From Cetorhinus maximus (lineage: Eukaryota): 64,000 nucleotides of DNA. Each line of letters starts with the position of its first letter. The stretch's first letter is position 1. Below are positions 44,101 through 58,987 of this stretch, in pieces. A program made the translations under genes and the position numbers. Below the pieces are notes generated by a model. That model was not told where the DNA came from. It was given only the letters and a program-made list of their open reading frames with translations, and ran no database searches. The DNA is taken from NCBI RefSeq assembly GCF_964194155.1, contig NC_135884.1, positions 96,224,001 through 96,288,000 of the forward strand, in the 5' to 3' direction.

Positions 44101-44285
44101 CAATTGTCTGTCATACCCATTGCTGAAATCAGGGTGGATCCGGGTGAATGGAGAGGACCCTATGTCCACCTTGTAGACTGAAGTCTGATTTTAGTCAATC
44201 TGGAAATATTTACAAAAACAGAGGACCCGATTGAAATTGGTGTCACTGAGAAATCTTTTTGGGCCGTGTTGTGAGTGAAGGAGAC

Positions 44286-44406
44286 GGGTGCAATTCAAAC
44301 TTTCAGGTGCTGAAACACTTCGGTGCCCCGTGTGCATTCAGCCCGGACAGACCCGCCCCTTCCCCGCTTCTGCAGCCGGTTCCCCACCGATCACAAGCCC
44401 ATAAAA
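44286..44406 (+). promoter_or_regulatory. MT copy 4 proximal promoter
   Basis: MRE cores 44286-44292 and 44330-44336, a GC box, and CATAAAA 44400-44406. Confidence 0.85.
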
Positions 44407-44488
44407 CTCGGCTCCGATTCAGCAAACGGCACAAGATCGAGAAGCGCTGATTGGGTGGCGGCTCGAAACTAAAGAAAAAGTTCCTGAA

Positions 44489-45343
<855 letters not shown>

Positions 45344-47929
45344 ACAACAGGCCCTTCAGGCACAATAGATGAAATATTGTCCATATGTATTGTATTCCAT
45401 AAGCTGCATGTCCTCGGTGTCTATATCCTGATGAATTGTGTGTTTACATAAAGTAATGAAAAGTGTCTGAATATTGTTGAAATTCTGATTTTTGAATCAA
45501 GAGTTAAATAAATTTTCAGTATTTGAAGTCCAGTCATAAGTCTTATTCTGTTACTTAAAGGTGTGATATTACTAATAACAGCAGAAGATCTAGGAAATGA
45601 GTTGAGTCTAACTTTGCCATTAAGACCCATGGCATAACATAAGTTACATTAGCATTTGTCACAGTCTGGCCAATGAGGTTAAACAATGTGATGATGGACC
45701 AGTGTCAGAAATGGTGGAGTGAATGAATGAATGGCAGTTCTGTTGACCCTCTTATCCATGAGTGTGGCAGCATGCTACTGTCAAATATACCAGAAATTGG
45801 TTGTAAGCCAGTCACATCTGCCTGTTAACTGTGCATCCTAAAGTTAATTTTAAAATATTCTTTGGAAGTTTTGGCAGAAATTTGTGAACTTGCTTCCCCA
45901 GGTCTTGCTGTTTCTGCATTCCCTCTAAAGTTGTATCATTTATTTCTCATTGTATCTCCACATTCTTTGTTTAAAGTCTATCAAATCACATTTCCATGCC
46001 TTAAATTTCATCTGTCAGATATCTGATCATTTTACCACTCTGTTTCCTTGAGCCTGTAATTATCCTCCTCATTGTTGACTACTACATCCCCTCTAGACCC
46101 TTTAAGGTTTCTAACTTGAGGAAGGCCAAACCTTTCATTCTTGTTCTCCAATTTTCTCCTATCCAATCTTAACTTCTCCGTTGCTGCTACATTGAGAACA
46201 TCATTCTCTACAGAGAACAAGGTGGCAAAAATACACCTCGTACCTTAACCATGTCCTCTGCCTCCAGACAAAGGTTAGCTTTTCAGTTCCTAATCAGCCC
46301 CACATTCTGCATTGACTACTCTTTCATCACTGATGTGTTTAATGGGGAAAATCCACATTCTGGGGAACTGCCATCATAATGCACCCAAGGGCTGAAAGAT
46401 ATGGAAAAATCTCCCAGATGTGTGCACCGGAATATTTCCGACATGAAACGTAAATGTATCTTTTATCTGGGAGGGAGAAAGGGTCACTTTGTACCTGGAA
46501 GCAGTCACACCCTTAGACTAGGGTCTTCTGATTTGGTCAGTGGCAGGGAGAGGAGGGTGTGACTGCGAATGAGGCAGCTATGGGGACCCAGAAGGTAAAA
46601 GTGGTGGAGATTCACCTTTGCAATTGTCCAACAGGTTTGATATTTTTGCAGCCTGTATGGATGAAAGTGGTGGCTGCAGTGTGGATGAGCAAACTGACCA
46701 TGGCACCATTGTACAGGAAGACATTCATGCAGTGGGAGTTAATGGGAATGTAGTGGTAATTGGGGACAGTATAGTCAGGGGTTTGACACAGTTCTCCTCA
46801 GCCCAGACTCGGAGTTCATGCAGCTGTGTTGCCTGCCTGGTGTCAGGGTTTGGGCCACTGCTCTGGGCTGGGAAGGAACTAACAGTTAGAGGGGTAGGTT
46901 GCAGTGGTCATGGTTTCTGCTGAGGGAGTATTGAGCAGCTAGGAGCTAAATTAAAAAGCAGAACCTGAAAGGTACTAATCTCTGTATTACTACCTAAGCC
47001 ACGAGCAAATTGACATAGGTCAAATCAGATTAGGGAGTGAAAAGCATGGTTGAAAGTTTGAGAAAAGGGTTTTGATTCATGTGGCACTGGCACCAGTACT
47101 GCAGAAGGTGGGAGCTGTACCATTGGGACAGTTTTCACCTGAACCATGCTGGGACAAGTGTTCTGGTGAGTCGTATAACTAGGGCAGTGGAGAGGGCTTT
47201 AAACAAAGTAGTGGGGGCAAGGGATCAAATTTGGGAAGATGTGATAAATTTAATAGACAAGACAAGGCAGTAGAGCAAGATAATAACAAGGGAAATGATG
47301 ATCAGCACTTGGCAGGAAGGTACAGAATGTGCAAACCTAAGAGTGCACCAGCAGAGAAGGCTAGAGGTTTCAAAATAAAGAACTAAAGGCTCTGTATCTG
47401 AATGCACATGGCATTTGTAATGAAAGAGATGAAGAAATATTAATAAATATGCATGATCTGATAGCCAATACAGAGTCATAGCTCCTGGATGTCGAGGGAC
47501 CTGTATATTCACATTGACATTTCACAGAATCACAGAATTCTTACAGTGTAGAAGGAGGCCATTCAGCCCATCGGGTCTGCACCGGCTCTCTGAGCATTTT
47601 AACTTACTGCGTATCTCCTGCCTTTTCCCTGTAACCCTGCACATTGTTTATATTTAAATAATCATCTAATGCCCTCCTGAATGCCTCAATTGAACCTGCC
47701 TCCACCACACTTCCAGGCAGTGCATTCCATCCCCAACTACTCACTGTGTGAAAAAGGTTTTTCTCATTTCGCATTTGCTTCTTTTGCAAAACACTAAAAC
47801 TGTGCCCTCTGGTTCTCGATCTGTTTCCAAGCGGGAACAGTTTCTCTCTATCTACTCTGTCTACACCCCTCATTATTTTGAAAATTTCTACCAAGTCTCC
47901 TCTCAGCCTTCTTCTCTCCAAGGAAAACA

Positions 47930-50200
47930 GACTGACCTCTACCTCGCGGAGGCTGAGCGTCAACTCGCAGACACTTCCTCCTACCTCTCCCTGGACCATG
48001 ACCCCACCACTGAACACCAAGCCATTGTTTCCAGGACTGTCACTGACCTCATCTTCCCTGGAGATCTTCCTCCCACAGCTTCCAACCTGATAGTCGCCCA
48101 ACCTCGGATGGCCCGCTTCTACCTCCTACCCAAAATCCACAAACAGAACTGTCCCGGCAGACCGATCATGTCAGCCTTTTCCTGCCCCACGGAACTCATT
48201 TCTCATTATCTTGACTCCCTTCTCTCTCCCCTTGTCCAGTCCCTTCCCACCTACATCCGTGATTCCTCTGACACCTTACGTCACATCAACAATTTCCAGT
48301 TCCCTGGCCCCAACCCCTTCCTCTTCACCATGGACGTCCAATCCCTCTACACCTCCATCCCCCACCAGGATGGTCTGAGGGCCTTTAGCTTATTCCTTGA
48401 ACAGAGGCCCGAACAATCCCCATCCACCACTACACTCCTCCGTCTGGCTGAACTTGTTGTCACTGAACAATTTCTCCTTTAACTCCTCTCACATCCTCCA
48501 AATAAAAGGTGTGGCTATGGGTACCCGCATGGGCCCCAGCTATGCCTGTCTCTTTACGGGGTATGTGGAACATCCCTTGTTCCAGTGCTACTCCGGCCCC
48601 CTCCCACAACTCTTTCTCCAGTACATCGATGATTACTTCAGTGCTGATTCATGCTCTTGTTGGGACCTGGAAAAATTTATTAATTTTGCTTCCAATCTCC
48701 ACCCCTCCATCATTTTCACATGTCCATCTCTGACACTTCCCTTCCCTTCCTTGACCTCTCTGTCTCAATTTCTGGTGATAGACTGTCCACCAATATCCAT
48801 TACAAGCCTTCCAACTCCCACAGCTACCTCGACTACAGCTCCTCACACCCTGCTTCCTGTAAGGACTCCATCCCATTCTCTCAGTTCCTTCGCCTCCTTC
48901 GCATCTGTTCTGATGATGCTATCTTCATAAACAATTCCTCTGACATGCCCTTCTTCCTAAACTCAGGTTTTCCACCCACGGTCGTTGACAGGGCCCTCAA
49001 CCGTGTCCGGCCCAACTCCCGCGCATCCGCCCTCACACCTTCTCCTCCCTCCCAGAAACATGATAGGGTCCCCCTTGTCCTCACTTATCACCCCACCAGC
49101 CTCCGCATTCAAAGGATCATCCTCCGCCATTTCTGCCAACTCCAGCATGATGCCACCACCAAACACATCTTACCTTCACCCCCCCCAGCGGCATTCTGTA
49201 GGAATCATTCCCTCCGGGACACCCTGGTCCACTCCTCCATCACCCCCTACTCCTCAACCCCCACCTATGGCACTTCCCCATGCCCACGCAGATGATGCAA
49301 CACCTGCCCCTTCACTTCCTCTATCCTCACCGTCCAAGAGCCCAAACACTCCTTTCAAGTGAAGCAGCATTTCACTTACATTTCCCCTAACTTAGTCTAC
49401 TGTATTCGTTGCTCCCGATGCGGTCTCCTCTACATTGGAGAGACCAAACGCAAACTGGGCGACCATTTTGTAGAACACCTGCTGTATGTCCACAAGAAAG
49501 ACCCAGACCTCCCTGTCGCTTGCCATTTTAACACTCCACCCTGCTCTCTTGCCCACCTGTCTGTCCTTGGCTTGCTGCATTGTTCCAGTGAAGCTCAACG
49601 CAAACTGGAGGAACAGCACCTCATCTTCTGACTAGGCGCTTTACAGCCTTCCGGACTGAATATTGAATTCAACAACTTTAGACCTTGAACTCCCTCCTCC
49701 ATCCCCACCCCCTTTCCATTTCTTCCCCCTCCCTTTTGTTTTTTCCAATTATTTATATAGATTTTTCTTTTCCCACATATTTCCATTATTTTTAAATCTA
49801 TACCTGTAATGCCCTGTCAGTCTTTCCACCCCACCCCCACTAGAGCTATACCTTGAGTGTCCTGCCATCCATTCGTAATTAGCACATTCTCTTAGATAAT
49901 ATCACCACCTTTAACACCCCTTGTTTCCTTTGTCTGTGACATCTTTTGATTATCTGCTCCTATCACTGCTTGCTTGTCCCTACAACCACCCCACTCCAAC
50001 TTCTCTCCCCCCCACCACCCCACCTTAAACCAGCTTATATTTCACCCCTCTCCTAATTTTACCCAGTTCTGTTGAAGGGTCATGAGGACTCGAAACGTCA
50101 ACTCTTTTCTTCTCCGCCGATGCTGCCAGACCTGCTGAGATTTTCCAGGTAATTCTGTTTTTGTTTTGGATTTCCAGCATCCGCAGTAGTTTTTGTTTTT
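47930..50200 (+). mobile_element. Penelope-like element B inserted in CR1
   Basis: Frameshifted RT (QYIDD) and GIY-YIG (VYCIRCSRCGLLYIGET). CR1 sequence continues on both sides. Confidence 0.92.
50065..50103 (+). ncRNA. Minimal type-I hammerhead-ribozyme-like motif in the Penelope 3' UTR
   Basis: AGTT-CTGTTGA-A-GGGTC(ATGAG)GACTC-GAAAC-GTC-AACT gives helix I, a core with an A6U deviation from CUGANGA, a helix II hairpin, GAAA, a palindromic ACGT helix III and a GUC cleavage triplet. Confidence 0.6.
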
Positions 50201-53197
50201 ACCAACTTCTCCAATCTTCCCTCATAACTGAAGAGTCTGATTCCTTGTAAACCTTGTAAACCTCTTCTACACTCTCTCCAATGCATTCATATTGCCCCGA
50301 ACTTTAACAAGACTCCAGCTGAGGTCTAATCAGTGTCTTATATAAGTTCATCATAACTTCCCTGCTCTTGTACTCTAAGCCGCTATTAATGAAGCCTAGA
50401 GTACTGTATGCTTTAGAAACAGCTCTCCCTCCCTGTCCTGCCACCTTTAATGATTTAGTTACACCAAGAGCTCGATCATTTATATATATCAGGAAGAGCA
50501 AGGGTCCCAATGCCGACCCTGGGGAAACTCCACGACAAACCTTCTTCCAGCCCGAAAAATACCTATTAACCATTACTCTCTGTTTCCTATCCCTCAGGCA
50601 ACTTTTTGTATCCACGTTGCTACTGTCCCTCTTATTCCATGACCAATAACTTTCCTCACAAGCCTGTTGTGTGCCACCGTATGGAGCGCCTTTTGGAAGT
50701 CCATAGACACCACATCTACAGCCTTGCCCTCACCAACCATCTCTGTTACCTCTTCAAAAATCTCCAGCAAATTAGTTAGACAGGACTTTCTTTTAATGAA
50801 TCCATGCTGACTCTTCCAAATCAGCCCAAATTTTTCCATGTGACTATTAATTCTATCCCGAATAATTGTTTCTGGATGTTTCCCCACCACTGAAGTTCGG
50901 TAATTGCAGGGTAGATCTTTACAACCTTTTTTGAACAAGGGCATAATGTTTGCAATTCTCCAGTCCCCTGGCACCTGCCCCGAATCCAGGGAACATTGAA
51001 AGATTATTGCCAGTGTCTCTGCAATTTCCACTCTCACTTCCTTCAATATTCTTGGATGCATCTCATCCGGCCTCAGCGCCTTATCAACATTAAGTATTGA
51101 CAGCTTATCCAATATTTCCTCCTTATCAATATTAAACCCTTCTATTGACTGAGTTTCCTCCTCAGTCACCATGGCCTGCGCAGCATCTACCTCGTAGGTA
51201 AAGATTAATGCAAAGTATTCATTTAACATCTCAGCTATGCCTATTGCCTTTATATGCAAATCCTCTTTTTGGCACCTAATCGGCCCTACTCCATTTACCA
51301 CCCTTTTACTATTGAGGTGCTTATAGCATACTTTGGGATTTCCTTTTATGTTGGCTGCCAGTCCTTCTTCATAACCTCTCTTTGTTTCTTGTATTTGCTT
51401 TTTCACATCCCTTCTGCATTCAGCTTGGTTCTCAATTGTATTTGCTGCCTGAAACCTGTTGTAAGCATACTTTTTTCTACGTTGACTTAATTTCTATGTC
51501 CATTGTCATCCAGGGAGCTCTGGATTTGTTTGTCATATCCTTCCTCTTTGAGAGAACATACCTTGACTGTGCCCAAACCATCTCCTCTTAGAAGGTACCC
51601 CATTGTTCAGCTGCTGTTTTTCCCGCCAACCTTTGGTTCCAGTCTATCGGGCCCAGCTCCGTTCCTGCTCCATTGAGGTCCGCTCTGTACCAGTTGATTA
51701 TTCTTACTCTGGATTGGCCAATGTCATTTTCCACCTAAACCGAAACCTTATGATACAATGGCCCCATTACTCTAAATGTTCCCCAACCATTACTTGATCT
51801 ACTTGGCCCACCTCATTTCCAAGAACCAGGTCTAGCAGTGCCTCCGACTTGTTGGACTGGGCACATACCGCTGTAAGAAATTCTCCTGAACACAATCTAG
51901 GAACGCTCGTCCCTCACTGCCCTTTACACTACAACTATCCAGTCTATATATGGGTAATTAAAGACCACCATTATGACTACTCAATGATGTTTACACCTCT
52001 CTGTAATTTCCTTGCAGATTTGTTCCTCTATATCCTCCCGCTAGCTGGTGGTCTATACATTACTGCAAGCGGTGTAATTGCACCCTTCTTAATCCTTAGC
52101 TCTAGCCAAATTGATTCTGTCCTTGAATCCTCTCACACATCCTCTTTCTTCAGTACTACGATACTCTCCTAAACCAAAAACACCACCCTCCTCCGTCTTT
52201 CCCTTTCCTATATTTTTTGAATGCTTTGTAACCAGAAATATTTAGCACCCAGAGCTTCCTTAAGCCAGGTCTCTGTTATCGCCACAACATCATAATCCCA
52301 TAAGGCAATCTGTGCCTGTAACTCCCCAATTTTATTAACTGTACTCTGTGCATTCACATGTGTGCAGTGTAATCCTCATTTAGACTTCATTACTTGCTCC
52401 CTTACTCTGACTCCACCTATTAAATTACTATTCTCTATTTAAGTGCTATCTGCCTCTCCCAAAATTCCGTGTGCCCTGGTGTTATTTTCTAATATTCTCT
52501 CCTGGTTCCCACGCCACTGCTGAGTTAATTTAAACCCTCCCCAACAACACTAGCAAAACGACCTGCAAGGAATTCAGTCCCAGATCTGTTCAGCTGCAGC
52601 ACGTCCAGCTTGTATAGCTCCCATCTCCACCACAGCCAGTCCCAGTGTCCCAGGAACCTAAAGCCCTCCCTCTTGCACCATCTTTGCAGCCATGTATTCA
52701 TCCATCTTATCTTCCTATTTGAGTACTCACTTGCACGTGGCACTGGGAGTAATCCGGAGATTACTACCTTAGAGGTCCTGCTTGCTAATTTTCTATCTAT
52801 CTCCCTAAATTCCGATTGCAGGATCATATCCCCCTTCCTATCGATGTTGTTAGTACCAATGTGGACCATGACCTCTGGCTGTTTGCCCTCCTCCACAAGA
52901 ATGTCCTGCAGCCGTTTTGTGACAGCCTTGACCCTTGCACCAGGGAGGCAACAAACTACCCTGGAGTCACTTGACTGCCGCAGAAACTCCTCTCTGCTCC
53001 CCTAACTAAAGAATCCCCTATCGGTACTGCCCTTCCGCTCTGCTTCCTCCCCTCCTGTACAGCTGGGCCACTCGTGGTGCCATGGATTGGCTCTTGCTGC
53101 ACTTCTCCAGTGATCCATCACCCCGCCCCCCCTACATATCCAGAATGGAAAACCGGTTAGTGAGCGGGACCTCTGGGGACTCCTGCACTACCTGCCT

Positions 53198-53309
53198 CCA
53201 TCGCCTTTGAATCAGAAGGTTGTGGGTTCATGTCCCACTCCCGGAAACCAAGAACTGTGAATGTACTCGAAAGAGTTACATGCGATCTGTTGATAACTCG
53301 AAAGAGTTA
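53198..53309 (+). mobile_element. Short SINE-like insert with 12-bp target-site duplication
   Basis: CACTACCTGCCT at 53186-53197 and 53310-53321 flanks a partial tRNA-like head and two copies of ACTCGAAAGAGTTACA. Confidence 0.55.
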
Positions 53310-53838
53310 CACTACCTGCCTGTTTCTCTTAGGCTGCCTGGTGGTCACCATTCCCTACCTGCCTGCTTGCACCTAACTTGCAGTGTGACCCCCTTTCTCA
53401 ATGTGCTACCCACCTAGTTCTCTGCCTTACGGATGCACCTCAGCGACTCCAGCCGCTGCTCAAGCTCTGAAACGCGGAGCAGAAGTTTGTGCAGCCGGTG
53501 ACACTTCTTGCACATGGGCTCGGCTGGGTCACAAGAAGTGTCCACGACTCCCCACATGCCACAGGATGGGCATTCCGCTTGGCTGAGCTGTCCTGACATG
53601 CCTTAACCTTAAACTTTTAAAATCACTGAAGCTTTTAAATCCTACTTGATAAACCTTTCCAAAAGGTACAGTTCCTACTTTATTCTAAACCATAAACGCT
53701 TACTAGATACTCACCAGATATTCACCAAACAGCTAGCTTCTTCTTCAACCAATCAAATTGCCTGTTTCCTGTGATGCCACAACTTGTTTTTCTTCACTCT
53801 CCTTTCGAACTCAGTGTGGGCCGGTTCCGAGCAGCGGA

Positions 53839-54480
53839 CAGGTCCGCCTCTCCCACCGCTCTTCCCGCAGGTCCGCCACTCCCACCGCTCTTCCCTCAGG
53901 TCCGCCTCTCCCACTGCTCTTCCCGCAGGTCCGCCTCTCCCACTGCTCTCCCGCAGGTCCGCCTCTCCCACCGCTCTTCCCGCAGGTCCGCCTCTCCCAC
54001 CGCTCTTCCCGCAGGTCCGCCTCTCCCACCGCTCTTCCCGCAGGTCCGCCTCTCCCACCGCTCTTCCCGCAGGTCCGCCTCTCCCACCGCTCTTCCCGCA
54101 GGTCCGCCTCTGCCACCGCTCTTCCCTCAGGTCCGCCTCTCCCACCGCTCTTCCCTCAGGTCCGCCTCTCCCACCGCTCTTCCCGCAGGTCCGCCTCTCC
54201 CACCGCTCTTCCCGCAGGTCCGCCTCTCCCACCGCTCTTCCCGCAGGTCCGCCTCTCCCACCGCTCTTCCCGCAGGTCCGCCTCTGCCACCGCTCTTCCC
54301 GCAGGTCCGCCTCTCCCACCGCTCTTCCCGCAGGTCCGCCTCTCCCACCGCTCTTCCCGCAGGTCCGCCTCTCCCACCGCTCTTCCCGCAGGTCCCCCTC
54401 TCCCACCGCTCTTCCCGCAGGTCCGCCTCTCCCACTGCTCTTCCCACAGGTCCGCCTCTCCCACTGCTCTTCCCCAAGGT
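53839..54480. repeat. 29-bp GC-rich minisatellite, ~22 copies
   Basis: Unit CAGGTCCGCCTCTCCCACCGCTCTTCCCG repeated head-to-tail with few substitutions and no spacers. Confidence 0.97.
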
Positions 54481-55016
54481 GAGTGATGTAAGCAGCGCTC
54501 CCCGGGTGGTGTTTATTCTCTCAACATAGGGACAGACACCTAATTCTGTCACCTCCGATCATTTGCTGGTTTGATGTTGGTGATTTAAGTACCCTCCCAA
54601 TGACATGAATCTTACGACTGAACAACAAAACCATCACATCATTCACTTAGCCATTCCCCATGCTACTCCATCGTCACTTTGTTTAACATCTTCCACCACA
54701 CTGCTCCAGATGGTAATATACGTCAAAGCATCATTTTCTGCAATGTGGTCTGTTTAGACACTAACTCATTCCCCACATGTTGAAGAGTCATTGGAAATGT
54801 CATTTCATTAAGGAAGAGTATGACTCTTATCACAGGAATTGAAGTAGTTTTTTTATTTACACAATAAAAATATACCATTTCGGAAACAATTTATTCACTT
54901 TCATTGGCTCAGATACACACACAACTCATCAGGATATCGACACTGAGGACATGCAGCTTGTGGAATACAATACATATGGACAATATTTCATCTATTGTGC
55001 CTGAAGGGCCTGTTGT

Positions 55017-55861
<845 letters not shown>

Positions 55862-55943
55862 TTCAGGAACTTCTTCTTCAGCTTCGAGCCGTCACCCAAT
55901 CAGCGCTTCTCGATCTTGTGATGTTTGCTGAATCGGAGCCGAG

Positions 55944-56069
55944 TTTTACGGGCTTGTGATCGGTGGGGAACCGGTTGCAGAAGCGGGGAAGGGGCGGGTC
56001 TGTCCGGGCTGAATGCACACGGGGCACCGAAGTGATTCAGCGGCGGAAAGTCTGAATTGCACCCGGCTC
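55944..56069 (-). promoter_or_regulatory. MT copy 5 proximal promoter (TATA-like box changed to CGTAAAA)
   Basis: TGCACAC 56014-56020, TGCACCC 56058-56064, a GC box, and TTTTACG at 55944-55950. Confidence 0.82.
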
Positions 56070-58987
56070 CTTCACTCACAACACGGCCCAAAAAGATTTC
56101 TCAATGACAGCAATTTCAATCGGCTGCTTTGTGTTTGAAAATATTTCCAAAGTGACTAAAATCACACTTCAGTCTACAAGGTGGACGTAGGGTCCTCTCC
56201 ATTCCCCCGGGTCCATCCTGATCTCAGCACTCACCGCCACATCTGGCTGCTCCAGATTACACATTATCTGCTTCTCCTCTGCTCCCTCAGCACTACTCAC
56301 CATCCCAGAATAACCCTGGAATACAAGAATAACCCTTGGTGTCTTTTTTCTCCCACTAACCATCATCTTAGAGAACACACCAAGATATTTTCTTTCTTAT
56401 TCGTCCAAGAGATGTGGGCACTGCTGACAATGCCAACATTTATTGCCCATCTCTAATTTCCCTCGAGAAGGTGGTGCTGAGCTGCCTTCTTGAACATGTG
56501 CAGTCCATGTGGTGTACGAACACCCACAGTGCTGTTAGGGAGGGAGTTCCAGGATTTGCCGAGTGAAACCCAACCTGGACATCAGTGAGAAGCTGATTGG
56601 TGAATAAGTGACCCATGATAACACTGTCCATGTCACCTCCCATCACTTTGTCCATAATGAAAAGCAGGCTGCTGGCACAGTGCTTGGTAGGATGGGATTT
56701 TTCCTGCTTTTAGTGTTTTGGTCATTCTTGGACAGTTTCTACATTACCAGCTCAATGCCAGGATTGTAGTTGTATTGTAACAGGGCATTCCTTAAATGGT
56801 GAGAGGTTGGGAAATTTGGTGTCCAAAGAAACCTGGGTGTCCTTGTTCATGAGTTTCTAACAGCTAGCATGCAGGTGCAGCAAATAGTTAGGAAGGCAAA
56901 TGGTATGTTGGCCTTCATCGCAAGGGGATTTGTGTACAGGAGTAAAGATGTATTGCTGCAAATGTACAGGGCCTTGGTGAGACCTCACCCAGAATATTGT
57001 GTACTGTTTTGGTCTCCTTATCTACAGAAGGATATACTTGCCTTAGAGAGGGTGCAATGGAGGTTCACCAAACTGATCCCTGGGATGGCAGGATTGTGTT
57101 ATGAGGACAGATTGAGGAAACTGGGCATCTATTCTCTAATGTTTTGAAGAATGAGAGGTGATCTCAGTAAAACGTACAAAATTCTTACCGGGTATAACAG
57201 GAATGACGTGGATAGGATGTTTTCCCTGGCTGGTGAGTCTAGATCCAGGGGACTCTGTCTCAGAAAAAGGGGTAGGCGGTTTGTGACTGAGAGGATAAGG
57301 GAATTCTTTACTCAGTGTGTGGTGAGTATTTGGAATCCTCTACCCCACGGGGCTGTGGAAGCTCAGTCATTAAGCATGTTCAAGACAGAAATCAATATAT
57401 TTCTGGAGACTAATGACATCAGGGGAGATGGAGATAGTGGGGAAAATGATGTAGAAGTAGACGATCATCCAGGATCTGTTTGAATGTCAGTGCAGGCTCA
57501 ATGGGCTGAATGGCGTGCTCCTGCTCCGATTTCCCATGTTCCTATTCCCTATGCTCCTGTGTAACAGCATGGCTAGGGTTATGATTGAATGTGGAGCACA
57601 AGTCTTAGTGCTGCTGCTGGGATGTCATAGACTTTACTGTATTCAGTGTCATTAGCCATTTCTTCATACCACGTGGACCAAATCAAATTGTCTTCAAATT
57701 GGCATCTGTGATGCTGGGGACTGCAGGAGGAGGCCGAGATGTATTATCCACTCAGCACCTCTGTTTGAAGATGGTTGAACATGCTTCAGCCTTGTCTTCT
57801 GCAGTCATGTGCTGGGCTTCCCAATCTTTCAGGAGTGGGATATTTATGCAGCCTCATTAAATAGTCCCCCACCAGGAATGACTGGATGTGGCAGGACTGC
57901 AGAACCTACCCATTATTTGTGACATTGCTTTACTCAGTCCATAGAATTCACTAATTTTCTCTCTCAGCCACTTCACCGAGGGTCCAGAGTGATTTCAGCT
58001 ACCATTTTGATTCGTCATGTTCTCTCTCCTCTCAGTTCACTGCCCTCAGATCCTCCAATAATCTTTCCCTCCATGTCAAATCTCCAATGCATGTCCACAG
58101 ATACCACCTTGACCTCACCATCTCAAAGGGTCTCACTATTTCCACAGTGTAAATCCAAGGCCATCGTTGATCACTTCTTGGTCTCACTCTCCACTCACAT
58201 CCCACATCCCCATCTTTACTTTCTGCTGTATCTGCCTCTGAAAAAATCTATCCAACAATTTATTTACAGCTGCAATTTCAAAATTCCAACTCTCCAGCCT
58301 TTGGCCCTCCACTCGCCATGATAATGCTTCAGGAGCTGATTTCCTCAACTGCACTCTCACCTGCTCCATTGATCCCCTAGTCCCAATAAATACATGACTC
58401 TCTCTCACTTTAGCTATTCCACCCGGTAAGGACCTCACCTCTGTTCCTTTAAGCTCAAGGCCCAGGGAGCTGAATGGACAGGTGGGTAACTGGTTTACCC
58501 ATTCACCTCCTGATATTGCTGCACTAAATTACACAATAATGAGTCTGTTAAAACTGTTCACTACTCCAGGACCACCCCGGAATGTAAAGTTAACCACGAA
58601 CACCTGTTTTCTACCGCAAACCATATTTCTAAACCCCTCCACCTTGCCGACACCACCCTCACCTCCAACAATCAGTGCCAGGAGCTCACTGACTTCTTTG
58701 TCCAAGAATGAGTGGGCCGAATGGCCTCCATCGATCTCTCTGATTATCTCATCAGATGCCTCTGCAGCTTCAACCCGTCCCACCAGCCCCCCAGGCTAAA
58801 ATACATCTCACTTATCCCCCTGCCCTGGCCCTCAACTCACATCATTTAAAAATCATATCCTAGTTTTCACAATTGTTGCCTTATAAAGTTCCGGTGAAGT
58901 GTCTTCCGACGTTTTTATGATACCAAAGGTGCTATATAAATACAAGTTGTTGTTGTGCACAGAAATTCAGCCTTTAAACCGACAGGC

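Larger units (their letters stand above)
47522..53838 (-). mobile_element. Near full-length decayed CR1 LINE (ORF1 Zn-finger/zipper + esterase, ORF2 EN-RT), interrupted by Penelope B
   Basis: ORF1 MSGQLSQAECPSCGMW..CKKC..L.LRVSELEQRLESL (53599-53414), esterase (52896-52525), RT (51406-50304). The reading frame LEKL|LFSLERRRL is split across 50201/47929. Confidence 0.9.

Noticed and set aside
53839-54480. CRISPR array, or Pro/Arg-rich proteins from the long ORFs over the 29-bp repeat
   Set aside because: The units are contiguous with no unique spacers, there are no cas genes, and the context is eukaryotic. The ORFs are open in all frames only because the unit lacks stop codons.
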